From Marinobacter sp. (GTDB lineage Bacteria > Pseudomonadota > Gammaproteobacteria > Pseudomonadales > Oleiphilaceae), in assembly GCF_046484525.1 (NCBI RefSeq), contig NZ_JAWOIS010000030.1, positions 69,118-133,117 on the forward strand: a stretch of 64,000 bases of DNA, read 5' to 3'. A model generated the notes under the pieces. It was not told the DNA's origin. It ran no database searches and saw nothing but the letters and a program-made list of their open reading frames with translations. The translations under genes and the position numbers were made by a program. Shown piece after piece: positions 29,900-39,773 of this stretch. Position 1 is the stretch's first letter; the number at the start of each line of letters is the position of its first letter.

Positions 29900-29910
29900 A
29901 GGAGGTATTT

Positions 29911-31137
29911 ATGGCAGAAGCTCCCAACCGCGAAACCGGTCAGGCCAAGCCACGCAAGATCAAGTATCGTAAGGCGAAGGCCAGTTGGAACCCTGCCATG
30001 CAGGCGATTCCGGTATCCGGTATTCGTCGTCTGGTGAATATGGCCTCGAGCATGAAGGACGTGATCCATCTGTCCATCGGCCAGCCAGATCTGCCCACGC
30101 CGAAGCACATCATTGATGCCTATGTCGACGCGCTCAATGCAGGTCAGACCGGCTATACCATGGATGCCGGCCTGCCGGAGCTTCTGGTGGCACTGCGAGA
30201 CTATTACGGTCGCCGTTACAACCGGAAACTCACCCGGGACAACATTCTGATTACCAGCGGCGCCACCGAGGCCATGTACCTGGCGTTGTCGGCCACTTCG
30301 GCACCGGGCCGGCAGTTCATCGTCACCGATCCCTCGTTCCTGCTCTACGCGCCGTTGATCCGGATGAACGGCGGGGAGGTCAAGTACGTTCCGACCCGCG
30401 CCGAGAACAACCACCAGCTGGATCCGGATGACGTCATCAAGGCCATGGGATCCCGGACCTTTGCACTGGTTCTGAACAACCCCAACAACCCCACCGGGGC
30501 GGTTTATCCGCGCAGTACCGTGGAAACCATCCTGGAGGAGTGCGCCTACCGGGGCATCCAGGTCTATGCCGACGAGGTGTATGACCACCTGATCTTCGAT
30601 GACGATGACTTTGCCAGTGTCCTCAACTGCTCCATGGACCTGGATAACATCATGTGCATCAGCAGCTTCTCCAAGACTTACAGCATGGCGGGACTGCGGG
30701 TTGGATGGGTGATCTCCAGCCAGGCTGCAATCAAGTCACTGCGCCGGTATCATATGTTCACCACCTCGGTAGCAAACACCCCGGCCCAGTTTGCCGGGGT
30801 GGCGGCCCTGACCGGTGACCAGCAGTGCGTAAAAGACATGGTGGATATCTACCGGGAGCGCCGGGACAAGGTGGTGGAGCTGATCGATCAGACTCCGTAC
30901 ATGACTGGTTACAAGCCAGGGGGCGCGTTCTTTGCTTTCCCGGACCTTCCGCCACACGTGGACGGTTCCGATCTGGCACTGCGGATGCTCAAGGAAACCG
31001 GGGTCTGCGTGGTGCCGGGGGATGCGTTTGGCGATGAATGCACCAATGCCCTGCGCATCAGTTTCTCTACTACCTGCGAACGGCTCGAAGAAGCGTTCGA
31101 CCGGATCATCCCCTGGATGGCCAAGCAGCAGCTATAA
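29911..31137 (+). CDS. Pyridoxal-phosphate-dependent aminotransferase, class I/II
   Basis: The start at 29911 is preceded by GGAGG at 29901-29905. The PLP-Lys motif SFSKTYSMAGLRVGW and NNPNNPTG are present. The upstream part of the track ORF (29761-29910) is judged non-coding. Confidence 0.88.
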   Translation: MAEAPNRETGQAKPRKIKYRKAKASWNPAMQAIPVSGIRRLVNMASSMKDVIHLSIGQPDLPTPKHIIDAYVDALNAGQTGYTMDAGLPELLVALRDYYGRRYNRKLTRDNILITSGATEAMYLALSATSAPGRQFIVTDPSFLLYAPLIRMNGGEVKYVPTRAENNHQLDPDDVIKAMGSRTFALVLNNPNNPTGAVYPRSTVETILEECAYRGIQVYADEVYDHLIFDDDDFASVLNCSMDLDNIMCISSFSKTYSMAGLRVGWVISSQAAIKSLRRYHMFTTSVANTPAQFAGVAALTGDQQCVKDMVDIYRERRDKVVELIDQTPYMTGYKPGGAFFAFPDLPPHVDGSDLALRMLKETGVCVVPGDAFGDECTNALRISFSTTCERLEEAFDRIIPWMAKQQL

Positions 31138-31146
31138 GGAGGTGGA

Positions 31147-31338
31147 GTGTCAGCCCTGGAGTCCGTGCTCATTCAATGCCCCTACTGCTGGGAGGCGCTC
31201 GACATCGGCGTCGACCCGTCAGTGGCGGAGCAGGAGTACGTGGAGGACTGCCAGGTTTGCTGCCAGCCGATCCTGCTGCATGTGACCATTGACGAAAACC
31301 TCACACCGCACGTACAAGCCCGGGCCGAAAATGAGTAG
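31147..31338 (+). CDS. CPXCG-motif cysteine-rich small protein (here CPYCW variant)
   Basis: 63 aa with a GTG start and the motifs CPYCWE ... YVEDCQVCCQPI. Confidence 0.7.
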   Translation: MSALESVLIQCPYCWEALDIGVDPSVAEQEYVEDCQVCCQPILLHVTIDENLTPHVQARAENE

Positions 31339-31431
31339 GTCCGGGTTGTTCCTGACCAATCTTTAATACCCTGTGGTTGTCCGATCCTGCCCCCTGGCGC
31401 AGGATAAGAGCAGCTTTCGGAGGATCCATTC

Positions 31432-32004
31432 ATGAAGACATTACCAAACCGTGCACTGTGGGCACTTCTGGTCATCGTGGCACTGCTCTCAAGTGGCTGC
31501 GCCAACATCTCCCCTTACGCAATTTCAGAGGGGGAACTGGAGAGTCATCTGAAAGATGTGGTGGCGGAGTATGACCGCAAGCAACTGCAGAGCGGCTCCC
31601 CCCTCAGCCTCAGCCTGGATGATGCCGACATCACCCTGGGGCCGGATGGTCGGGATGTTGCGGTGATTGATGTGCGTGGTCAGGTGGCCCTGAATGCTCT
31701 GATGACAAAGCTGCCGGTGGATATTGCCTTGAAAGTGGAGGGGGCTCCCTACTACGACAGCCAGGAAAAGGCCGTTTATATCCGCCGCCTGCAACTGCTG
31801 GAAAGCAGTATCGACTCTCCGTTCTTCAAGGGTGATCTGGCGCCGGTGACCGATACCGTGATGCGGGTGGTTGCCCAGATGCTGGAGACCATGCCGGTGT
31901 ATCGTCTGGATGAGGCCGACTTTGCCCAGCGGATGTTCGGGATGGTGCCGATGGATGTGCGGGTGGCGCCGGGGCGGCTGGAATTCGTGATGGACAACGA
32001 ATGA
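31432..32004 (+). CDS. DUF1439 (YceB-like) lipoprotein
   Basis: 190 aa. The signal peptide ends in the lipobox LLSSGC. The remainder matches my recollection of the DUF1439 family. Confidence 0.75.
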   Translation: MKTLPNRALWALLVIVALLSSGCANISPYAISEGELESHLKDVVAEYDRKQLQSGSPLSLSLDDADITLGPDGRDVAVIDVRGQVALNALMTKLPVDIALKVEGAPYYDSQEKAVYIRRLQLLESSIDSPFFKGDLAPVTDTVMRVVAQMLETMPVYRLDEADFAQRMFGMVPMDVRVAPGRLEFVMDNE

Positions 32005-32008
32005 AGAT

Positions 32009-32038
32009 GGGGTCAGATGAAAGCCTTCATCTGACCCC
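32009..32038. repeat. REP-like element, copy 3
   Basis: Sequence ggggtcagatgaaagccttcatctgacccc. Confidence 0.9.
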
Positions 32039-32069
32039 GGATTCACGCCCAGGCTTCGGAAACAAAAAT

Positions 32070-32099
32070 GGGGTCAGATGAAGGCTTTCATCTGACCCC
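32070..32099. repeat. REP-like element, copy 4 (exact reverse complement of copy 3)
   Basis: Sequence ggggtcagatgaaggctttcatctgacccc, the exact reverse complement of 32009-32038. It lies 31 nt downstream of copy 3. Confidence 0.9.
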
Positions 32100-32121
32100 G
32101 TCTTAGGCCCGGCTTCAAATT

Positions 32122-33381
32122 TCAGGCAGTCGCCTTCAGTGCCTCTTCGAAGATCCCCGTCGCCTCGTCGATCTGCTGCTGGTTCACGATCAGCGGGGGC
32201 AGCCAGCGCACGATCTCGTGATAGGGTCCGCACCGTAGCATCAGCAGCCCGCGCTTTTCGCATTCCTTGAGCAGCTTGCCTGCCCGTTCACCGTCCGGGC
32301 AATCGCCACGGCGCATTTCCACGCCCACCATCAGGCCCTTGCCGCGGATATCCGCCATCTCGGGGTAGTCCTTCTTCAGGGCATGCAGGTTGTCCCAGAG
32401 GCGCTGGCCCATGCTGGCAGCGTTTTCGACCAGGCCCTCCTCCTTGATCACATCGATGGTGGCAATCGCCGCAGCCGCAGATACGGCATTGCCACCGTAG
32501 GTGCCCCCTTGCGATCCGGGCCAGCCCTTGGCCATGGTTTCCTCGGAAGCTGCCAGTGCGGAGATCGGGAAGCCGCTGGCCAGGCCTTTGGCAATCATGA
32601 TGGCGTCCGGGGTGACACCGAAGTGCTCATGGGCCCAGAACTTGCCGCTGCGGCCGAAGCCTGCCTGAACCTCATCGAACACCAGCATGATGCCATGCTT
32701 GTCACAGCGTTCCCGCAGGCCCTGCATGAAAGTGGCATTGGCGGGCACATAGCCGCCTTCTCCCTGGACCGGCTCGATCAGCATGGCAGCGGTTTCCTTC
32801 GGTGCTGAGTAGGTCACAAAGATCCGGTCCAGTTCCTTGAGGCAAAAATCCGTGGCCTCCTCGACGCTCCAGCCGTAATGGAAAGCATGAGGGAAGGGGG
32901 CAACGACTACGCCACCCATCATCGGACTCACGCCGGCCCTCAGACCGACACTGGAGGTGGTCAGAGACAACGACCCCATGGTCCGGCCATGGAAACCACC
33001 GTGGAACACGATGATGTTTGGGCGCCCCGTAACCTGTCGCACCAGCCGGATCGCTCCCTCTGCCACTTCTGTCCCGGCATTGGAAAAGAAGAAAGAGTTC
33101 AGGGGATCCGGCGTCAGTTCACCGAGCTTTTCAGCCAATTCAGGCAGCCTCGGATTCATCACCGTGGTGGCCTGGGCATGGATCATGGTGGCCACCTGTT
33201 TCTGGGCTGCCTCCACAACTTTCGGGTGGCAGTGACCGGTACTGGTTACCCCGATCCCCGACGTGAAATCCAGATAGCGTTTGCCCTCCGGATCAATAAT
33301 GTAGGCGCCTTCGCCCTTGGCGGCAGTGATGCCGGTGGCCTGCTTGAGCAGGGGGGATAACTTGCCTTTGTACTCGGTCAC
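32122..33381 (-). CDS. Class III (omega-/GABA-type) aminotransferase
   Basis: 419 aa with GIGVTSTGHCHP, DEVQAGFGRSGK (PLP Lys) and the overall GabT-like pattern. Confidence 0.85.
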   Translation of the reverse strand: MTEYKGKLSPLLKQATGITAAKGEGAYIIDPEGKRYLDFTSGIGVTSTGHCHPKVVEAAQKQVATMIHAQATTVMNPRLPELAEKLGELTPDPLNSFFFSNAGTEVAEGAIRLVRQVTGRPNIIVFHGGFHGRTMGSLSLTTSSVGLRAGVSPMMGGVVVAPFPHAFHYGWSVEEATDFCLKELDRIFVTYSAPKETAAMLIEPVQGEGGYVPANATFMQGLRERCDKHGIMLVFDEVQAGFGRSGKFWAHEHFGVTPDAIMIAKGLASGFPISALAASEETMAKGWPGSQGGTYGGNAVSAAAAIATIDVIKEEGLVENAASMGQRLWDNLHALKKDYPEMADIRGKGLMVGVEMRRGDCPDGERAGKLLKECEKRGLLMLRCGPYHEIVRWLPPLIVNQQQIDEATGIFEEALKATA

Positions 33382-33425
33382 AATGCACCTCCAGAAGTGA
33401 GTGGAATACCTCTTTTGCAGACTAG

Positions 33426-34580
33426 TCAGGCCCCCAGCTGTTTACAAATGGCCTGGCCTATTTCGTGGGTACCGCGACGTGTGCCCGCATTCTGGGCGAG
33501 GTCTGCGGCAACCGCGTCGAATAGTTCCTTCCCTGCTGCGGCCAGAGTCGGGTCCTTGCGGCCCAACCATTCCAGCATGCGGGCGGTGGTGAACAGCATG
33601 GCCGTCGGATCCGCCAGACCCTGTCCCGCGATGTCAGGGGCACTGCCGTGGGTGGGCTCAAACATGGATGGCATATCCGGGTCTGTGGGATTCAGGTTGC
33701 AGGATGGTGCGACGCCCATGCCTCCGGACAGCACGGCTGCCAGGTCGGTGAGGATGTCCCCCTGGAGGTTGCTGGCGACGACCACGTCGAACGCCCACGG
33801 GCTCTGGACAAATTTCATGCAGGCGGCGTCCACCAGTTCGTGATGGGTCGCGACATCCGGGTACTCCTTGCTGATAGCCTCGAAAGCTTCGGTGTACATG
33901 TCACCCCAGTAACGTAACGCATTGCGCTTGGTAACCAGGCACACCTGGCTCTCGCAGGTACGACCGTCCAGAGTCCGGAAGCTGCGAGTTCGGCCATCGC
34001 GTACCCGTTCTTCGGCCCGCCTTCGGGCCTGCTCAAAGCCGTAACGGATGATCCGGTCGGTGGCCTTGCGGGTGAAAACCTCCATCTGGGTCGCCACCTC
34101 ATCGGGCCTGCCTTGGCGCAGGCGGCCGCCCTGGCTGACATACTCGCCCTCACTGTTTTCCCGGATGACCAGCATGTCGACTTCTTTGGCGCGGTTATCG
34201 GCCAGGTACTGCCGTGCGCCCTCGAGCAAGCGGGCAGGGCGCTCGCAAACCCATTGATCGAATCCCTTCCGCATCTCCAGAAGCGGCGCCAGGGAAATGC
34301 TGTCCGGTAGCAGGTACCGGTCAGGATCATCCATCGGGCCCGGGTCACCGAGGGCGCCAAGCAGTATCGCGTCGTACCGTTTCAGTTGCTCCAGTGCGTC
34401 CGGGGGCCATGATTCACCATTTTCCTCATGCCAGGCGTGAGAAGGCCAGGGGAAACGGGTCCATTCCAGCGCCAGCCCATGCTTGGCGCGCAGGGTTTCA
34501 AGGCAACGTACTGCCTCCGCTACCACTTCCGGACCAATGCCGTCGCCCGGTGTAACGGCAATACGTGTAGATTGGACCAT
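33426..34580 (-). CDS. Tartrate dehydrogenase / D-malate dehydrogenase (decarboxylating) family (isocitrate/isopropylmalate DH superfamily)
   Basis: The start at 34580 (MVQSTRIAV) is preceded by AAGGAG. Motifs are TPGDGIGPEV, VIRENSEGEY, VVASNLQGDILTDL and EPTHGSAPDIAG. An extra ~20-aa segment (RRAEERVRDGRTRSFRTLDGRTCESQ) is present relative to my memory of E. coli DmlA. Confidence 0.8.
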   Translation of the reverse strand: MVQSTRIAVTPGDGIGPEVVAEAVRCLETLRAKHGLALEWTRFPWPSHAWHEENGESWPPDALEQLKRYDAILLGALGDPGPMDDPDRYLLPDSISLAPLLEMRKGFDQWVCERPARLLEGARQYLADNRAKEVDMLVIRENSEGEYVSQGGRLRQGRPDEVATQMEVFTRKATDRIIRYGFEQARRRAEERVRDGRTRSFRTLDGRTCESQVCLVTKRNALRYWGDMYTEAFEAISKEYPDVATHHELVDAACMKFVQSPWAFDVVVASNLQGDILTDLAAVLSGGMGVAPSCNLNPTDPDMPSMFEPTHGSAPDIAGQGLADPTAMLFTTARMLEWLGRKDPTLAAAGKELFDAVAADLAQNAGTRRGTHEIGQAICKQLGA

Positions 34581-34873
34581 TCTGGAGACTCCTTTTGATG
34601 AAAGACGCGTATAAGTACAAAAGTCAGTGTAGTCACCCGCTCCGGGTATGCCACCGGTTGTCCAAGAAGAGTGTGTACGTGGATTTACCAACGGAAAACC
34701 AGCAACTATAGTTTGGAGAAGTATATTCAACAGACATGGGGCCAGAGAAGCCAGGAGCAAGTGTGGGGTGAGCGGAAGTTTTTTTTGATGCGTCCCAGTG
34801 TGATCATTGTGCCTGCCGGAACCCGAGTATCCTGCCTGATCCAGGCCTTCACTGATCCTCAAAGGACACGAAA

Positions 34874-35230
34874 TTGCTCTACCGCATCATCACCATCATC
34901 GGCGCGCTGGTCTTTGTCGCCGCCCTGTTCGGGCTTATCTGGTTCTTCTGCAAAAAGTTCCTGGAACACCACGGCGTCACCGACCAGGTTTCCGACCGTG
35001 CCACTGTCCTCGCCACCTGGACTTTTGCCGGTATCAGTGTCGGATTGGTGTTGGCTGTGGTCGGCGCTTTCGTTTTGGGGCCGTGGGCGTTCTACCGAAC
35101 TCTGCGAGGGCATGGCGCCAACATTTCCGATGCCGCTGCCGTGTGGTGGGGGCTGGGGATTGTTGTGGCGTCCCTGAGTATCACTGCTGCCGGATTCTTC
35201 GGCTTCCTCGTGGCGGTGGGGGCTTACTGA
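34874..35230 (+). CDS. Small integral membrane protein (about 4 hydrophobic segments), unknown function
   Basis: 118 aa with a TTG start and AAAGGA 7 nt upstream. The hydrophobic profile is strong. The overlapping 34671 ORF in another frame looks non-coding. Confidence 0.55.
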   Translation: MLYRIITIIGALVFVAALFGLIWFFCKKFLEHHGVTDQVSDRATVLATWTFAGISVGLVLAVVGAFVLGPWAFYRTLRGHGANISDAAAVWWGLGIVVASLSITAAGFFGFLVAVGAY

Positions 35231-35234
35231 ACAT

Positions 35235-35267
35235 GGGGTCTGATGAAGAAGGCTTTCTTCTGACCCC
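35235..35267. repeat. REP-like element, copy 5 (bulged variant)
   Basis: Sequence ggggtctgatgaagaaggctttcttctgacccc. The outer ggggtc/gacccc stem and the inner gaagaa/ttcttc stem are separated by an asymmetric bulge. Confidence 0.7.
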
Positions 35268-35280
35268 ATCCTCGGGGGGA

Positions 35281-38200
35281 TCATCCAGAAGCCTCCATCC
35301 GCCGAAATCTGTCTCGCAAATACTCCAGAGGATGCCTGGCGACCTCACCATCAAACCTCTTGACCTGTGACCGGCACGAATACCCGGTGGCCAGCACCGT
35401 CCCCCGATCCTTCAAAGCGCTGATCTTCGGTCCCCAGGACAGGTCATAGATGGCCCTGGATGTGACAAGATTACGGGTTTCATGCCCATAGGTCCCCGCC
35501 ATGCCACAGCAGCCGGTGGCCTCAATTCTGATTCCGATGCCCAGTGCTTCAAACACCTGTCGCCACTGATCCATGCTGCCGGCAGCGTTGGTTTTCTCCG
35601 AGCAATGGCCCAACAGAGTTACATCTTCGCCCTGAGCCGCGTTAACAGAAGGCGCAAGGTGCCCAATCCTTTCGGCCAGAAACTCCTGAAGCAGCATCAC
35701 GCCGGGAACGTCCAGGCCGACGTATTTCCGGTATTCCGACCGGAAAGCGAGGGTCATCGACGGGTCAATGCCAACCAGAGGAACGTCATACTTCGCGTAG
35801 GACTTCAGCAGGTCGACATGCCTGCCTGCAATGGCACGGAACTGTCTCAGAAAGCCATGGACGTGAAGCGGTTTGCCATTCGGGTGGAAGGGCAGCAGCC
35901 AGACCCGTAGGCCGAGATATTGTAGGGACTCGAGGATGGCGGCGAACGTATCGGTTTCGAAGTAGCTTGTGAACGCATCCTGCACGATAATGAGTGACCG
36001 AGCCCGTTCCGTCTCGTCCAGGCCTGACAGCTCCTTGTCATTCACGATACCGATGCCCAGCCGGGCGGCTGCCGCGATGGGCGTCTGCGGTGCAAGCAGA
36101 GGACTATCCACCATACCAATCTTCCGGACCAGCGCCCTGACAGGTGCCCACAGCATGAGGCAGTTATAGATGGGCCGGGCCAGGGGGTTGGCGATGAACG
36201 GAATCATCTGCTCCAGCCTCCCGATCAGATGATCCTTGACCGGTCGAAGGTAGCGGCTGTGGTAAAGATGCATGAACCTGGCGCGGGCTTCGGGAATGTC
36301 GACCTGGACCGGGCATTGGCCGGAGCAGGATTTACAGGACAGGCAGCCGTCCATCGCTTCCCGGACTTCATGTGAAAAGTCGAACTCTCCCCGGTTGCGC
36401 GCCCGGGTATTCCGAAACCTGGCGGGCAGGCTCCGCAGTGCCGGGGTCGAGTTCGTCCGGGTAGCCAACGACTCGGTATCCACACCTTTCTCGCCGAGCA
36501 GCCTGAGCCACTCCCGGATCAGGGAGGCGCGACCCTTTGGGGAATGCCGGCGATCGCGGGTCGCCTTCCAGGACGGGCACATCGCATCGTCGGGGTCGAA
36601 GTTGTAGCAGGCGCCATTACCATTGCAGTTCATGGCGTCTGGCTGGCTGCGTTGGCTGGCAACGGGAATGGTGCGGTCCAGCGCTCCCCGTTGTCCGGGC
36701 TCATCCACTTTAACCAGCGGGATTCGGGCATCGGGGGTCGCAATCTTGCCGGGGTTGAGTTGATTGTGTGGGTCAAAGGCCTGTTTGACGGCCTGCAGTT
36801 CCGGGTACAGATCCCCGAAGAATCTGGGGGCAAATTCCGAACGGAAGCCCTTGCCGTGCTCGCCCCAGAGTAATCCATGGTACTTGTGCACCAGTGCGAC
36901 CACCTCCTCGGTGACCGCACGAACGATATGGATAGTGTCCGGATTTTTGAGGTCTAGGGCAGGGCGGACATGGAGCACGCCAGCATCCACGTGTCCGAAC
37001 ATGCCGTAGCTCAGCCCCCCGCGGTCGAGGATCTCGCGAAACTCACGGATAAAGTCCGCCAGATGCTCCGGGGGAACGGCAGTGTCCTCAACGAACGCCA
37101 CCGGCCGGGCCTCTCCGGAGGTCTTGGCCAGCAACCCCACGGCCCGCTTGCGCATTTTCCAGACCTGGTTGACCGCCTTCGCTCCGAAGGCGATAGCGTA
37201 GTGGCGGGCCGGTGTTTGGTCCGGATCGTCCAACATGTCGGTCAGAGCTCTGACTGCATGACGAACCTGTTCTTCATCGCCCCCGGTAAATTCGACAAGG
37301 TTTACTCCCCGGACCTGAGTATCCCCGGTGGAGGGGAAAAACGGCGCAACGTCGTGCCAGACGATGTCGCCCCTGGCAAGCTCCAGTACCTTGCTGTCGA
37401 TGGTTTCGATCGAGGTTGGGCCAGCGCACATCAGGGCCCGGGCATCCCGCAGGGATGCATCGAAACTGTCATACTGGACCACCACCAGCGACTGGTATTC
37501 GGGAATCGGCACCAGGTTGATTTTCGCTTCCACGATAAAGCCCAGAGTGCCCTCTGAGCCGCAGAGGATGTTGTTGGCATTGATCCGCCCCTGATCATCG
37601 CGGAGGTGGGCCAGATCGTATCCTGTCAGGCAACGATTCAGCTTTGGGAAGTGCTGTTCAATATCTGTCCGTCGACGTTGCCAGATGTCGGCCAGGGTCC
37701 GGTAGATTCCACCTGCCAATGACGAGGCTTTGGCCTCGTCTTCTTCCTGCTCCGGAGCGAGCGCCCGGGTCCGCAGCAGGTTTCCGTCCATCAGCACCGT
37801 TTCCAGCTCCAGAACATGATCCCGGGTCTTGCCGTACATGACTGACCCCTGGCCGCTGGCATCGGTATTGATCATGCCACCGATGGTGGCACGGTTACTG
37901 GTGGACAGTTCCGGTGCGAAGAACAAGCCGTAGGGTCTCGCGGCGGCATTCAGCTGGTCCTTGACCACCCCGGCCTCGACCCGTGCCCAGCCCTCTGCCG
38001 GGTTGATTTCGAGGATCCGGTTCAGGTGCCGGGACAGGTCCACCACAATCCCGTCCGTCAGCGATTGGCCGTTGGTGCCGGTGCCGCCGCCGCGAGGGCT
38101 GAGGACGATATCCCGCCAGTTAGCCTCCGAAGCGAGACGGGTCAGTGCCTGCAAATCCTCCTTGTCGATCGGGAACACCGCCGCCTGTGGCAGGACCTGA

Positions 38201-38343
38201 TAAATGGAATTGTCGGTCGCCAACACCGTCCGCGTACCATAGTCCGGCGTCATTTCTCCCCGGAAACCCGATTGTTTCAGGGTCTTGAGAAAGGCCAGGT
38301 AACGGGATTGGGTCGGTGTTATTTGTTCAAGTCGCGGTAGCAT
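35281..38343 (-). CDS. FAD-linked oxidase fused to Fe-S/CCG domains (YdiJ / D-2-hydroxyacid dehydrogenase-like)
   Basis: 1020 aa with the FAD PCMH motif SPRGGGTGTNGQS, the 4Fe-4S motif CLSCKSCSGQCP and the C-terminal cysteine-rich CCGMAGTYG. Size and architecture resemble E. coli YdiJ. Confidence 0.85.
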   Translation of the reverse strand: MLPRLEQITPTQSRYLAFLKTLKQSGFRGEMTPDYGTRTVLATDNSIYQVLPQAAVFPIDKEDLQALTRLASEANWRDIVLSPRGGGTGTNGQSLTDGIVVDLSRHLNRILEINPAEGWARVEAGVVKDQLNAAARPYGLFFAPELSTSNRATIGGMINTDASGQGSVMYGKTRDHVLELETVLMDGNLLRTRALAPEQEEDEAKASSLAGGIYRTLADIWQRRRTDIEQHFPKLNRCLTGYDLAHLRDDQGRINANNILCGSEGTLGFIVEAKINLVPIPEYQSLVVVQYDSFDASLRDARALMCAGPTSIETIDSKVLELARGDIVWHDVAPFFPSTGDTQVRGVNLVEFTGGDEEQVRHAVRALTDMLDDPDQTPARHYAIAFGAKAVNQVWKMRKRAVGLLAKTSGEARPVAFVEDTAVPPEHLADFIREFREILDRGGLSYGMFGHVDAGVLHVRPALDLKNPDTIHIVRAVTEEVVALVHKYHGLLWGEHGKGFRSEFAPRFFGDLYPELQAVKQAFDPHNQLNPGKIATPDARIPLVKVDEPGQRGALDRTIPVASQRSQPDAMNCNGNGACYNFDPDDAMCPSWKATRDRRHSPKGRASLIREWLRLLGEKGVDTESLATRTNSTPALRSLPARFRNTRARNRGEFDFSHEVREAMDGCLSCKSCSGQCPVQVDIPEARARFMHLYHSRYLRPVKDHLIGRLEQMIPFIANPLARPIYNCLMLWAPVRALVRKIGMVDSPLLAPQTPIAAAARLGIGIVNDKELSGLDETERARSLIIVQDAFTSYFETDTFAAILESLQYLGLRVWLLPFHPNGKPLHVHGFLRQFRAIAGRHVDLLKSYAKYDVPLVGIDPSMTLAFRSEYRKYVGLDVPGVMLLQEFLAERIGHLAPSVNAAQGEDVTLLGHCSEKTNAAGSMDQWRQVFEALGIGIRIEATGCCGMAGTYGHETRNLVTSRAIYDLSWGPKISALKDRGTVLATGYSCRSQVKRFDGEVARHPLEYLRDRFRRMEASG

Positions 38344-39682
38344 GGCTTAGGCTGCTTTCCTTTGGGTCCTGGTATGGCATGGTCGGGCTCAGTTGAGCCA
38401 GAAGCTCAGTCACCGGTTGATCAGGCAGGGCATTGACGGTGCGCTCAAGTCGATCGGCTGCGGAGCCAAGGACAGGCTGCGCCAGTTCGTGGAATTTGGT
38501 GACCAGTTCGTTCCGGTCTATCGGGTTGCCCGGAGTACCCCGCGCCTCAAAGCGGCCACTGACCAGTTCCCGACCATCTGTCAGTCGGATCGTGACCATG
38601 GCGTACCGCTTTGCGGGGAAGCAGTCCGAGAACTCGGCTGATTCGCAAAGCCGGATTTTTCCGCTCAGTCGGAGAACCTCGGGGTGAACCAGATCATCGG
38701 TCACTGACTGCCGGTTCACCGTGCCACGGTGCAGCGCGCAGGCCACCGCCCAAGGCAGGCTGTACTGGGCCCCTTCGGTACTTTGGGGGAGGGAGGTATG
38801 CAGTCGAATCGCCTGATGAAAACTGGTTACTCGAATTTCCTCGACCTGCTCCGTGTCGGGTACTGAGGTTCGGAGCGCAAGCGCTGCCTCCACTGCCGGC
38901 TGGGCCCAGTAGCACACTGGGTAGCGTTTGAAATAGGTATCCAGGAAATGCCAACGGGTTCCGAGGTCCTCCCAGAGGTCGGGTTCCTCAAGCAGCAGTG
39001 CCGGGGCGCCGGTAAAACCGGCCCTGGCCAGCAGCGCGGCGGAGACGCCGGTCATGGCACCCCAGCCTGAACCGTCTTTCAGCATGGTGGGGTGGTCGAT
39101 GCAGCGCATCATCTGGCTACGTGGTCCGTAGAATTCCGCGGTACCCAGTGCTTCGGCCAGTTGCTGTGCTGACAGTCCCATCATTCGGACAGCCACGGCA
39201 GCGACGCCCAGGCAGTTCCAGGCGCCCGAGGTATGGTAGTCGCAGGCTGAGTTGTGCAGGCTGATCCCGGCCCGGATGGCAATCTCGTAGCCAATGGCCA
39301 GTTCTCCCAGGAACCGTCGTCCCGACAAGGTCTGAATTTCGGGTAACGAGAGCATTCCTGGCAGGATGGCGACGCCGGCATGCCCCTTGGTCAGGACATG
39401 ACCATCGTGAGCATCCAGGGCATCAATCAGCCAGCCACCATAGAGCGCCGCACCGGTGCTTGAGGAAACCCCTTCCGAGAACAGCAGGGGCTGCTTGCCT
39501 GGATACTGGTTGAGCACAAACTCACGGGCGATCCGGGTTAGGGGAATGCCGGTTGCGCCGGCTGCCACGCCCAGCAGGTCCAGCAGGCAGGTCCGGGAAA
39601 GGTCATAGACTTCGGCCGGCAGAGCGGTGGCATCAAGCTCCAGAATCTTCTTTGGTACTGACAGGTCGGGCATGGAAGGCAC
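38327..39682 (-). CDS. MmgE/PrpD family protein
   Basis: 451 aa with a PrpD-like pattern (LLDLLGVAAG, IDALDAHDGH, GYEIAIRAG, HTSGAWNCLGVAAVA, KDGSGWGAMTGVSAALLA). Its 3' end overlaps the start of the YdiJ-like gene by 17 nt. Confidence 0.8.
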   Translation of the reverse strand: MPSMPDLSVPKKILELDATALPAEVYDLSRTCLLDLLGVAAGATGIPLTRIAREFVLNQYPGKQPLLFSEGVSSSTGAALYGGWLIDALDAHDGHVLTKGHAGVAILPGMLSLPEIQTLSGRRFLGELAIGYEIAIRAGISLHNSACDYHTSGAWNCLGVAAVAVRMMGLSAQQLAEALGTAEFYGPRSQMMRCIDHPTMLKDGSGWGAMTGVSAALLARAGFTGAPALLLEEPDLWEDLGTRWHFLDTYFKRYPVCYWAQPAVEAALALRTSVPDTEQVEEIRVTSFHQAIRLHTSLPQSTEGAQYSLPWAVACALHRGTVNRQSVTDDLVHPEVLRLSGKIRLCESAEFSDCFPAKRYAMVTIRLTDGRELVSGRFEARGTPGNPIDRNELVTKFHELAQPVLGSAADRLERTVNALPDQPVTELLAQLSPTMPYQDPKESSLSHATAT

Positions 39683-39773
39683 TCGGTATTATTGTGCCTA
39701 CATCATTGAGGTTCACGGCCTGGCCGACTGCAAATAAAGCGACATTGGTTGTAATAAAGCCGACAACTTCGGT

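Noticed and set aside
34671-35177. A 168-aa ORF overlapping the small membrane-protein gene in another frame.
   Set aside because: Its first part lies in the divergent promoter region, and its composition is Ser/Pro/Trp/Arg-rich. The 34874 frame gives a clean hydrophobic profile.
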